From Lama glama (lineage: Eukaryota): DNA of 64,000 bases. The notes under the pieces were generated by a model that saw nothing but the letters and a program-made list of their open reading frames with translations, made no database searches and was not told the origin of the DNA. The position numbers and the translations under genes are program-made. Shown here piece by piece: positions 1 through 11,442 of this stretch (the first letter of the stretch is position 1; every line of letters begins with the position of its first letter). The stretch lies in the NCBI GenBank assembly GCA_028534125.1, contig CM052817.1, forward strand, positions 20,090,001 to 20,154,000. The letters are read 5' to 3'.

Positions 1-187
1 AAGTGAGCACTTTCAGGATTCTCCAGAGGCGTTAGGAAGAATGATTATTAAGTCACGTGAGATGATGAAGTGACTTTGAGCCAATCTTAACTAAATTTTA
101 AAGGCCAACATGACCTTTACAAACTAGAAGTTCTGAGGAACATATGAGAAGTTCCCAACTGGCACACATACACACACATGCACACTC

Positions 188-604
188 TGCCAGGTCTGTA
201 TCGTGCCCCCACCCACCCAAATTGATATGTTTAAGCCCTAATTCCCAAGGTGACAGTATTTGGGGTGGGGTCTTCAGGAAGTAATTAGATTTTGGTCAGG
301 TCATGAGGGTAGGGTCCTCGGATACCCTTATAAGAGACCAGAGAACTTGTTTCTCTCTCTATTTCTCTCTCTCTCAGTCTGTCTCCTTGTCTGTCTGTCT
401 ATCTGTTTCTCAACTATGTAAAGACATAGGGAGAAGTAGGTTGTCTACAAGTCACAAAGAGAGCCCTTACCAGAAATTTAATTGGCTGGTGCTTTGATCT
501 TGGACTTCTGTCCTCAGCTTCCAGAATTGTGGGACAAAAATGTCTGAAGTTTAAGCCACCCAGTCAGTCTGTGGGATTTTGTTAGAGTAGCCCAAACATA
601 CTAA

Positions 605-608
<4 letters not shown>
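188..608 (+). mobile_element. MaLR solo LTR, MLT1A/MLT1A0-like
   Basis: TG...ACA termini. Typical MLT1A blocks: 'aaattgatatgtttaagccctaattcccaaggtgacagtatttgggg', 'ttgatcttggacttc', 'tttaagccacccagtc...tgtgggattttgttagagtagccc...ctaagaca'. Flanks cactc/cacac fit a degenerate 5-bp TSD. Confidence 0.9.
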
Positions 609-641
<33 letters not shown>

Positions 642-696
642 CGTCGATACACACACACACAACTTCCATATACACACACACACACAAAACTTCTAT
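607..696. repeat. Compound (CA)n microsatellite
   Basis: (CA)17 at 607-640, then two shorter CA runs separated by related aac[g/t]tcNata spacers. Confidence 0.95.
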
Positions 697-1074
697 ATAT
701 TTGCAGTTGGACTAGAATTTTGTGCTACTGTTTTCTAATCTGCTCCTTTATTTAGTAGGGTACCATGGATGCTTCCCCAATTCATTAAATTGGGGAATTT
801 ACTGTGACTTTCAAAAGCACCATTCTGTAGATACATGTAGTTCATATGTTCAAAAAATAATTTATTTTATATATATTAAATAATGAATTATTTTTAAACA
901 TCAATTCATGTTTTTGCATATTTCCCTTAAAATATTTTTCCTAGAGATAATAAAGTTGAATATTTTAAATATACTTGAAGTCCTTTTATTATAATTTTAA
1001 TATGCATTGTACATATGGCTTACTAATCTTGATTATAAACATTGGTTTGTGGTATTTTCTTATTTATCTTTAGA

Positions 1075-1143
1075 TTATTTCATAGTGACTAGTGCAGTGG
1101 CTGCACAAAATAGATATTCAGCAAATATCTCTTGGATATTGAA
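1075..1143 (+). mobile_element. L2 3' end fragment
   Basis: 'agtgactagtgcagtggctgcacaaaatagatattcagcaaatatctcttgga' resembles the L2 3' terminus. Confidence 0.55.
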
Positions 1144-1981
1144 GTAATCAAGTATTTATATTACAAGACTACCAGCTGTTAAGTGATAATATTTTTTTGT
1201 TTTTGTTTCTTTCATGAGATTTGAGCAAATGTTTATAGTTTTATAGTAACTGTTATTAAGTTTTTATCCTCCTTATACGTTTATATTTGTACTTATCAGT
1301 CATGTTAAATCTAATGTTTTTACACCGTTAATTCTACCTTCCCTCATAATTAAAAATATAATAAAGGTATTATGTAAATTAAACTTTGAGACTACTTTTC
1401 CTAGATCTTTCAACCAAATAAAAATGTTTTCAGAAAACTGCCAGTACCAATTCTTCTGTTAATACTTACAATGTGTCCAGGGCTTTACTATACTTTATGA
1501 CTGTTTTGACAAAAGTATTAAGCTCTTTGGAGAGAGAAAACCAATACATTTGAAATCTGAGGGAAGCATTTATCATAGGATGCAATTACAAAGTGACGTA
1601 GTGCAAAGATATTGTTGATCAATCATTGAAAAAATAAGCAGAAAAAATTTAAATGCAATTGTCTTAATAAAGATACACACTTGTGTTTCAATTACAGGCT
1701 AGCACATACAAAACAAGAAATTTGAGCCCACAGCATTATATTTCAAAGGATTTTGTTGTCAAAAAAAGTTTTGAGTGAGTTTTCAGGGAAATTAAAATTA
1801 AAACTACTGAGAACCTTGCTCCAAATTACAAATTTTCCTGGAACTGCATCAGATAACTAGAAGAACTCAATTTCTGTATCATTTCTCTACTGAGATTCTT
1901 GTAATCAATTCAATTTTTTTGATTTATACATTCACCAATTAGACCTCTCTTCAAAATTATAAAAATAAGGATCCAATTTGG

Positions 1982-2034
1982 ATAAATAAAAGCTCTCATA
2001 TACACATATATAAATACTGAGAGCTTTTATTTAT
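1982..2034. repeat. Perfect 17-bp inverted repeat with 19-nt spacer
   Basis: ATAAATAAAAGCTCTCA (1982-1998) and its exact reverse complement TGAGAGCTTTTATTTAT (2018-2034). Confidence 0.95.
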
Positions 2035-3267
2035 ATAATACATATTTCTATTTATATACATATATATATATATATATGTTTACACTGCACTTGAGTTTTG
2101 TATAAGAATTGTGTAAGAATTTAGGGCTTATTGAGTGAAAATAGCAAGAAAAAGAGAGAGGAAGTGGTGGGAACCAAATGGAAAACTTGGTAATCAAGAA
2201 AATTCCACAAGAAAAAAGTCACACAGCAGAGGTGAAAGAAGGTATTTTTATGTGAGGTACATGGGGCTTAAGATGCTTCAAAGAAGCAAATGACACATGT
2301 AAGATATTAGAGTTGAATATATGAACTTGGACATGATCTCTTTAGCACGTATACTTAAAATCATGAGAGCATTAATCTACCAAGAAAAAAAAGGTGGGGG
2401 GGAGGTACCCAAAAGCAGAACAGAATTTTGAACCAATACTTTCCACTGAGTCACAGCTGGAGAAATAGGAAGAACTCTTGAAGAAAGAAAATGGTCAGTG
2501 CCACAGAGTAACACAAACTAGACTACTTAGGCTGAGAGAAGTCAAGGACAGGTGAAGTTTCAGGAAAATTTATAATTTGGAGCGAGGTTCTCAGTAGTTT
2601 TAATTGTACATGGTTTCAGGATAGGTGAAGCCTTAGAAAATGCTGAGCGACTTATTTTTCAAAAAAAGCAGTTTTGCTCAGATGATGTGAAAAGAACACT
2701 AAAGTGATCAGGTAATGAAAGCATGATCAGGGAGAGGACACAAAGATTATCATCCAGAAGATTTGGCAAGAAAAGAAAAACGAAAAAAAAAAGATTGCAA
2801 CAAGTTGGCAGGGTCTAGGACAAACATTTTTGTTTTCTGTGTTGTCTTAAATACCATTGGCAGTATCTATTCTAAGTTCTGTAGGAGTGACTAATATAGA
2901 TGAAGAGGGACAGAGATACAAGGTGTCAGTTAGAAGAGATAACTGGGCAAGGTGCTTAGTATTTGGAAGACTAAGTTTCAAAGTTACAGATGAAGGGTTA
3001 TTTTTAACAAAAATGAAAAAAATACCTTAATAAAGGTATACACGTTTCATATGTAGGTGTCAATTTTAGTAAATAAGGAGAAATTTGCTGATAATATGAA
3101 GGGATACTAGAACAGAGTTAGAAATTTGGGACAATCGGAGATATTTTACAGAGCTGCTATTTAAATAAATAATTAGGTAATTAATAAACAATACAAACTT
3201 GAATTATAAAGGTTACTGATTAGTATTGAGCAGTCTCTACTTTAGCCTGCAACTGAGGATATCATTA

Positions 3268-3957
3268 TGTACAATAAAGAATAAAATCTAGACTTCAGTA
3301 AGGAGTCTCTTTATTTGAAGATACTGTTGCAATAGGCGTAGGAGAATGAATTATAGCAATGGGAGAAAGGGACTGTTGCAACAGGGATAATAGTTTTATC
3401 ATAAGATCTTCAGGCATCTCCAAGTTAGGCAAAGATGGGCATTCATTATGCAAGATGGCTTCTCGTTCATAGGGAGGAGTAAACATGCTAGCAAGAACCA
3501 GGTGTGGGGGTACGGGGATAAGCACATGGTGTGATCAAACATTTGACCAGCGAATGTTTTTCCTTGAAATCAGTAGGTTCTCTAGAGGGGCCATTAAGGA
3601 GAGATTTTCTGCATTCATATTCTTACTCAAGAGTGGGTCAAGTCAAGGACCTGTGTGAAGAGAAGACCCTTGACTGAATTTGGATAAGGACAGATTAGCA
3701 TTTTGCCCTGTTTGGCCAGTCAAGGCCAGAAGGCAAATCATTCAGCTAATCATTTGTGTGACAAATAATACGAATTTTAGGATTGTATCTGTTGCTGTCA
3801 TAGGTGAACAAGAAGGTCAGTCCATCTGGGAGTCTTACTTTAGTCAAATAGGGGCTGATGGCCCTTTAAAAGATACTCTTTCCCAGCTGCAAAGGATGGG
3901 GAGGTTCCTTAACTGTTGCTGTTTTTCAGGAGCACAGGATTCAGGTAAAGTTCAACA
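3268..3957 (-). mobile_element. ERV1-class solo LTR, MER67-like
   Basis: Minus strand starts TGTTGAACTTTACCTGAATCCTGTGCTCCTGAAAAACAGC, as I recall for the MER67 5' end. AATAAA lies near the minus-strand 3' end ('tttatt' at about 3309). About 690 bp, TG...CA. Confidence 0.75.
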
Positions 3958-4258
3958 TTATCAGTCATTATTGCTTTTATGTAAATGTCTCAAATCTTAC
4001 TTGATCACTAAGAAGAAATGGAGAAAATGAACTGTGCAGTGCTGGAGAATAGCAAAATGAAAATAATGTGTATTCTGATGAGGCAAAGCTTCCAATGGTG
4101 TGAAGTGATCATAATTGAATGGAGACAAGGATGGAGAATAGGCTTCCTGCCTGCAGGATGCTGATGTGGAGAAGAAAAAGCAAAAATGAAATCTCAACCA
4201 TCACAAACAGACCTGGAAAACTAATTGTTTAAATGAAACAGTTAGGAGAGACTTCTCC

Positions 4259-4288
4259 GTGTGTTTGTGTGTGTGTGTGTGTGTGTGT
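4259..4288. repeat. (GT)n microsatellite
   Basis: GT run with one interruption, read directly. Confidence 0.95.
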
Positions 4289-4590
4289 ATGAAAGTCAAG
4301 GTCGCAATAAATTTTGTTGCAATTTTCCTAAATTTTATGCAGCAGCAGTAGAAGATCTAGCCATTCAAATCATATATGAAGCGTCAGTGACAGATAAAAC
4401 AAAATTCCACTATGATTATATCCTATGAGTCACTCTTCTTAATGTAAAAACTACTGGTTTACAGCTTGCACACAGATCAGGAGTTGTCAATATTGTCAAT
4501 ATTGGGAATTAGAGGGATGGGCTGGGCATATATATATATATGTAATTGAATGCAGCAAAAGTTGTACAGACATAACTTAATCAATGGTGG

Positions 4591-4904
4591 TGTACCAGTC
4601 AGTGTCCCTGGGGAAGAAGAACTGACAAATCCTTGCTAATATGAGACTATTTTAATAAAGGGGAGATTTACAAAGTTGTGGGAATGTGAAGCCAACCCCA
4701 AGGAACAGAATAGGGAGCCTGTGTTACTCCTAAGCCAACCTTCAGGGATTTCAGGTCTGGAGTAGAGACCAGGGAAATAAACTGCCTAATCCCGTTCTCC
4801 CCAGCTCTTCCAGTCATTGCCTGTTGATGAAGGCATATCAGCCACAGACCAGGATGGAGAAGGGAGAGAGTAGGTCTGGAGGTGCAAATAGAAGAGTTCC
4901 AGGT
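4591..4904 (-). mobile_element. ERVL solo LTR, LTR33-like, internally deleted
   Basis: Minus strand begins 'ctggaactcttctatttgcacctccagacctactctctcccttctccatcctgg' and ends 'ctgactggtaca', with ATTAAA before the end. These match the LTR33 termini as I recall them. Confidence 0.7.
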
Positions 4905-6379
4905 TTGGAGGAGGGGGATTGGTGATAAGGCAAATAGCTAGCTGCTTTTTTCTTGTTAAATACGTGAGCCACGTGACTGCTGGTTGAATAGGCTGTCTGA
5001 CTTCAGTACAGTAGTGTCACCAAACATCTCAGTAGGATTCATGTGAAGACACAGACAAACACAAAACTCTCATATCACTTGCAGTCTAAGTCCAGAATCT
5101 GGAGGGAATTCTCCCGCTAAGATTAAGGTAGATAGAATGAGAATGAGGACAATCTGTCTCAGGTTTGTGTCATTCCATGCCCAAGTTTCACACCCTGAAA
5201 TGGAGAGAAAAGGGAATATTTTGAAAGCTACTCTATCTTTTCTTGTTTAAAGCATCCAAAGCCCACATTAATCTGAAATTTACCTCTATACCTAAAAGAC
5301 ACTAGGTTTTAATGAATATTACTTTCTCTCTTAACCTAAACTGTCCTTGTCACAACTCTAAAGCAATCCCCAGGAAGATTGAGGTGGGGGGATTGTGGTT
5401 GAGTAAGGGCTGATGGAGAGAAAGTACTAAAACTGAGCGAGTAAGGGGACAAAGAGTGTGACCATGTCTTCCACGGGACTATTGCCATATCCTCCCGTAG
5501 GATGAGGATTTGAGAATTACGTTCAAAAACAGAATACAAGTTTAAAGGCAATCCAATCCACGATGCTATTTGATTTGAAGTATTTCGCTTCCACGGTTAA
5601 CTATAAGGGGGAAAAGCTACAAGCAAACTGTGAAGTGATTTTGACATAAAGACACATTTCTCAGTTTTTGGAAGAACAAATAAAAGAAGCAAAGTAAACA
5701 AATCACATGGAAGATATCTAATAGTTTAATTTATATGCTTAGCACAATGGAAATATGTGAAATTATTACTAAAAGATGAAGAGTAAAATTTTTCTAAAGC
5801 CCTTGAAATAGTCACAAAATTTAGCTTGTATTGAGCATAACAATACCAGAAGTAGGTAATATTTTGATTCTTTCATCATGATTCAAGAAAATCAGCAACT
5901 AGTAATAAAAGTTTCTTTAAAATATTTATATTTTGGAAATAAAATGTGAAGCTGCCATTAGACCGCCTTTAGTAAATAAAACAAAAGCATTATTTATCAA
6001 TCTTCATAGAGGTGAAAAACTTCAGAGGAAAATTTACATTTTTGTAAATTGACAATTATTGGCAGATTAAGTTGATAAATTAAAAATGATAAATCATAAA
6101 TCAAAAATGAAATTATCATTTACTTCAAGAATTAGAAGAGCCATAAAATATGTGTACTGAAAATAATGTATATATATATATATGAGTATTATAGCTAAAT
6201 TAATAGAATAAGAGATATAAATATTAAAATCTGTTAGATGAAACAAATAGTTTGTGGTAGAAGTTAAGAAAATTTTTTAGAAAACAAAATAACTACATTT
6301 AACATGAAAAAATGTATATACTTATATTGGGAAATCCTATAAATGCAGAACTATACATTACTTTACAATCATATAGTAA

Positions 6380-6610
6380 TATAAATAAAATTTAGTATAT
6401 TTTATTTTATATGTATTTTGCACATAATATTTTTGCTGTATTTAGTTTTATATTTGTTATATATTTATTTATATATTAAATATTTATATATTTTATTATA
6501 TTTTATAAATATATATTTATAAACATACATTTGTTTGTTATATAACATTTTGTTATATTTACTATATTGTGTTCATATTTTATTATAGTTATTATTTGTT
6601 CTATATTCCA
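6380..6610. repeat. AT-rich low-complexity tract
   Basis: Almost pure A/T, with degenerate tatat/tttat units. Confidence 0.85.
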
Positions 6611-8549
6611 TAAGCTACATTTTACTATATTTTTCAACTTTGAAAGAAAAAACTTGAAATTATATAAAATAAATGTTCTTTTAAGAAATACAAATTGATA
6701 CATTTTACATGTGAATTCTTACAAAATGTTGAGGAAATAGTTCCCACTTTTATAAACTGATCTAAAGCAAAGCTCAGGATGAAACATTTTTTATTTCTCT
6801 CCTGCTGTTTGCTGTGTTTCTTGATTTCCAGCAGTGTTACAGTTTTTTTTTTTGTTTTACTTTATTTTCTGTTTTACAATGGAATTATTCATGGCAAGCA
6901 ATGCAGCAATAGGGTCTCATCCCATAAATACATAAATACATACAGAAAAAAGTGACCAGTGCGAGCTTTCCTAGTCTGTGCCATGGAGAAGCATGTTTAC
7001 CTCTTGCCTCTAAAGTCTCCCTCTCCATCCACTCACCTGTCATGACTCTATGTTATGTGGCCATCCTTCTCTTTCTTTCATGAGTAGCAGTACTTTTGAA
7101 ATGCTAAACGTTTCTGTTTAATTCCCTTGATCTTGTTACTACAGAAATGTACATTTTTAGTTTTGTATTGGACTAAAGTGGGCCAAAAGTTCCAAGTCTG
7201 AGTATTGGATGATGAGTGCACGGAGCCAAACGAGCTCCAAAGGGACCCCATCTTCCTCCTTCTCATTGCTGTCAGATTGATTTGCCTGAAGCATGGCTTT
7301 TATGTACCTAATTGCCAATAAGTTTCCATGTTCTCCACAGGGAAGTATACATTTGAAGTCAGGAAACTTAGTATAGGAAAGGTACACTAGGCTCCATTTT
7401 TAATCTACCTTTTAAGCTCCATCGCCTGCATTCATCATTATAACACAAAGCCTCAATCCACGCTTGATTATTCATCCTTACTTTTTCTCATTATACCCTT
7501 TTCGTTTGCTGCACTTTCATTCGTTTTCTTTCCCAGTGATGTCCTTTTTCCCCATTTTTCTATGTCCAAAAGAGTTCCATGTTGGAAGTCCTATCCCCAA
7601 GTACCTTCCTTTCTCGGGGCTTTCTAGGTAGGTGCTGCATTCAGGAAGGCAAACACATCAGTGAACAAATCTCTAACTCTCTTATCAAATAAAAAGCCCT
7701 CTCAAAAGACTTTATCTGCAGGTGGCTAAGTCCAGTGACCAATTTTTTGTTCTGTCTTTTGTATCTCATCTGCGTGTTTTCCCACAGTGGACAAAGAACA
7801 TGCTTGATCCTCATTTATATGGTTTTAAGTTACTATTTACACACAATAGCCTTCACAGAATTGTTCTAAAACAAATGATAATGGCAAACATTTGTTAAAG
7901 AAATGAATAAAATAATTAATTGTGTGCTGGCCTCTAAAGGAACTTGAGGCTACTCCATAAGTGATCCTGTCAATTCACTGGGGACAATCTGCTATTTTAA
8001 CGCTGCCAGCATTTTCTTTCTGTGCACCAAAGAGATTGAATTTGGCTCTGCTTCAATAGGCCACTTGCTTATGTAAATGCAAAGCTCAAATATTACTCTG
8101 AAATAATATGCGAAACCAAGAGGGTATGCTGTTCACTATATTGTTTAAATTTTCTGTAGCAGTTTCTCTCAGCTCAGAGCCAGAAAAAGTGTGGTGTTTT
8201 CTGCTCTTGTCTCTTATGCAGCCAGCTATCCGAAAATTATAATTTGTTTATCTGTTAGATTCTCTTTTGGCTTTAACTGATGGAGGCTCAGGGATAAACT
8301 TTAAATATAAATACGACTTCCCTAATTTTTTGGTTCCCACCTTAATTTAAGGATCACCTTTTCAGTATGGCAAATATGTTTCTTTATTTCTCAACTTGTT
8401 GTTTTCTGATGAGGAACCTTTTAGGTATTATGATTAAGTTTTGTTTTTTTTAAATGTTTTTAATTGTATGAAAGATTTTTAAATTCTTTGGTACTTCGCA
8501 ATTTTCAGAAGTCTCACACACGTTATTTCATATAATCCCATAATAGCCT

Positions 8550-8635
8550 TCTTTTAACCTCCCACCCTTTCCCTCCCTCCACTGTTAACCAACTACTACT
8601 TTGATCTCTACATCTGTGAGTCTGTTTCTTTTGTT
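8550..8635 (-). mobile_element. L1 3'UTR fragment
   Basis: 'cctcccaccctttccctccctccactgttaaccaacta...tctctacatctgtgagtctgtttctttt' is a typical antisense L1 3'UTR block. Confidence 0.7.
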
Positions 8636-8834
8636 GTTTTAACGGCACTGCTAACATTATTTTGTAAAATAAACTGTAAGTGGTTTTGTATATAGCATTT
8701 GCATTTATCTTTTACTTGCGGTTTGAGTTGACTCAGGCAAAAACAACACTTACCCAATAATCACTAGGAATTATCTTACAATAATTAGTTGCTAGGGTTT
8801 TTCTGGTTTCTTCACTTTCTTTTGGTTACCGTGA

Positions 8835-9600
8835 CTAATTCATCAGGAAGTCCTGCGGAATCTCCTGCAAAACTGATCCTAAATCTGTCTACTTTTTGCC
8901 CATTCTTCTCTCTCTCTCCTTAGCTCCACCCACTACCATGTCACACCTGGATTAGCTCAAGATATTCCTAAAATGTCCTCTCTTATATTTTATTCCCAGT
9001 AATGCATTGTCCTCACGGTAGCAGAGAGATTATTTTAAACGTATATCATGTTATATAACTCACTTGCTTAAAACCACATGCATTTGAAATCCAGTTATGA
9101 CTCCTTACCTCAGCTTTCACACCTTACATGTGTGTTTCATGCACATTTCTGTGACTGCTTTTTTTTACCCTTTTCTCCTTCCCTACAATGTCCCTGCCAC
9201 TCAGACCTTTTATGTTTCCTTGAATACCCACATTTCTGCCTTCGTGATTTTCCTCTTCCTTCAATGTCTCCTCTATTTTTCCCATGGTTGACTCTTTCAC
9301 ATCATTTACCTCAGTTCAAGTGTAGCCTTCTGAAAAACTCCTCCTTCATCATCAAATCTAAAGTCAGCCACCCCATCACACAGTCTACGAAATCAACTGT
9401 ATTTTAATATTCTGATATTATCACTTGTATCTCCATCCATCCAACGATCCTTCCATCATACGTTCTTTCATTGGTTCAACAGCACCCATCTAAAATTCAA
9501 GATCCTTAAAAGAAGCAGCATCATTCTTGTGTTCACTACTTTCTTCTGGACCTACACTGATGCCTAACATATAGTAGACAGTCAATAAGTAAATGTTAAA
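8835..9600 (+). mobile_element. L2 (L2a/b-like) 3' portion
   Basis: L2 blocks 'accatgtcacacctggatta', 'gtagcagagagattattttaaacg', 'cacttgcttaaaacc', and the 3' end 'tgcctaacatatagtagacagtcaataagtaaatgtt'. Confidence 0.8.
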
Positions 9601-9624
9601 GCAATAACTCTTAACCTGAAAAAC

Positions 9625-9760
9625 ACTCATTACTGTTTTGCATGTATCACTGCAGTTAATCTTCACTGTAAAGTTGTCAAGTGGTGATTGGTGCCATCCC
9701 TTCAATGGGTGAGGAAACTGAGGCTTAGTGAGGGGAAGTAACTTGTTCAATGATATACAT
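9625..9760 (-). mobile_element. MIR SINE fragment
   Basis: Antisense MIR core 'gggtgaggaaactgaggcttagtgaggggaagtaacttgttcaa'. Confidence 0.85.
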
Positions 9761-10039
9761 ATATATAATATTAAAAATAAGTTATTTGCTTTATTTCAAA
9801 TAAAATCTGCCCTTCACTGCCCATAGTCACACTCGCTCCAATGTTTAATGTGAGTTGGCCAGTTCGAACACATATGCAACCATAATCATATAGCAACATT
9901 TTGTGAGTTTGTTAACTGAAATTTGCATAGTAGCTAAGGTTTAATACTGAACTGCATCTTTTCCAGTGATCTTTATGCTACAGAGATTCATTCTTATTGA
10001 CATCTTATGGATCTAGTACAGTCTTTGAATAGCTTTGTG

Positions 10040-10560
10040 ATATTCTTCCATGTGAGTAACTACATTGTCTTTTCTAGATCTTCATCTTTAGGCCCTTGGG
10101 ATAATACCAGATTTTGCTATTCCACACAGTGTTGTCTGAACATCTTCATCCTTAACTCCTATGTGCCTGTGAATGGAGTTAATAGTCTCTTAGTAGATAT
10201 TGTATAGGCTGTAGATTTAAATGAAACACCTAAAATATGCAAACCTATTTGTGAATGCATCGTATGAATTTTTCTGAGAAATGGATATCTTTACTTTGTC
10301 AAATTCTCAGAGATATCGGGATCCAAAATATTTAAATACTTAAAAGCAGAATTGCTCAGTCATATGTTCTTAATATTTTCAATGTTAGTAAATACTGACA
10401 ATTTTCCAAGTTGACTGCACATATTTATGTTATTTCTAGCAATGGACATATTTTCATAAAGTTAATATCCATTTCTTTTTTTGTTTTTGCATACCTGATT
10501 AAAAACCAGTATCTCATTGTTATTTTAATTTACTTTTTTCTGTTTAATTGTGAAGTTTAT
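10040..10560 (-). mobile_element. Ancient L1 (L1ME-like) fragment, possibly split by a small DNA element at about 10210-10340
   Basis: 'agcagaattgctcagtcatatg' and 'gtatctcattgttattttaatttac' match the antisense L1 ORF2 end/3'UTR. Confidence 0.55.
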
Positions 10561-10628
10561 TTTTATAAATAAAAATGGGGTTATTTTTATCATGTATGAA
10601 AAACGTAAAGAAAATTAACTTTTCATTT

Positions 10629-11123
10629 TGTAGTAACTTTGCATCAATGGTCCCATATGTCACTTTTCTCTGAATCTAAACCCTTTGCGATGTCTTCCCA
10701 CCATGCATGGGAATCAACTCCCATCTGTAAATTCAGTCATGAGTTGGCTAACTGAGTGACCACAGTATTGATGCTGCCAGTTCTAAGCCTGGATTTCAGG
10801 AGGCCCAGTGTATTCTGTTCGCCTTTTTTCAGCTTCTACCATTTTCACTGGAAAGGTACTGAGGCTGACCTGCAAGTCAGAGAAATAGGATGAAAGACAC
10901 ATGGACCATCGCTTCCCCAGCTAAGCTACTCTGGCCAAACCAGCCTTGAGTGAAGCCTCCAGCCCATCTGCAAATGCTTGAGCCAGATTACCCAGAAGCC
11001 TAAGGGAGCCCGGATGAGATCTGCAAATCCAAGACCTCCTCACTCATGAGATGTAATAATAAATGTTTAAGCTACTGGGATGTGAGATGTTTGTTTGTCA
11101 ACAGTGGCTGTAGGTTACATACA
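10629..11123 (+). mobile_element. MaLR solo LTR, MLT1F/G-like
   Basis: TG...ACA. Contains 'gccagttctaagcctggatttcaggaggcccagtgtattct' and the 3' block 'aataataaatgtttaagctactgggatgtgagatgtttgtt'. Confidence 0.8.
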
Positions 11124-11415
11124 TCATATGTCCGCAAAGGTTATTTGTTCTAGGAGACAAAAAAAAATCAATTTTAATGATTCAGAGATATTTTCATTCA
11201 AATAGTAACATGCTTTAAATAATTTATATATTACCTTTTTTCCCCCTGAACAAACTTTGCGTAGTTAATTTTCTCTTAGATATAGAATACTTAGCAGTTA
11301 TAATATAATATATACTTAAGTACATATTTTTCTTTAATTTTATAAGAATAAGCTAAGATCGGAAATGTCAATTGTCAAAGGGTGATAAAGTATTGAATGG
11401 GACTTTCAAACATAG

Positions 11416-11442
11416 ACACACACACACACACACACACACACA
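11416..11442. repeat. (CA)n microsatellite
   Basis: Read directly, about 13 units. Confidence 0.95.

Noticed and set aside
3295..4030. ORFs of 76 and 116 aa
   Set aside because: They lie almost entirely within the MER67-like LTR and show no retroviral protein motifs.
7157..7387. Protein-like minus-strand ORF (…AIRYIKAMLQANQSDSNEKEEDGVPLELVWLRAL…)
   Set aside because: No family recognised, the start is a non-ATG codon, and the putative acceptor lacks a pyrimidine tract. AIRYIK only superficially resembles a bHLH helix.
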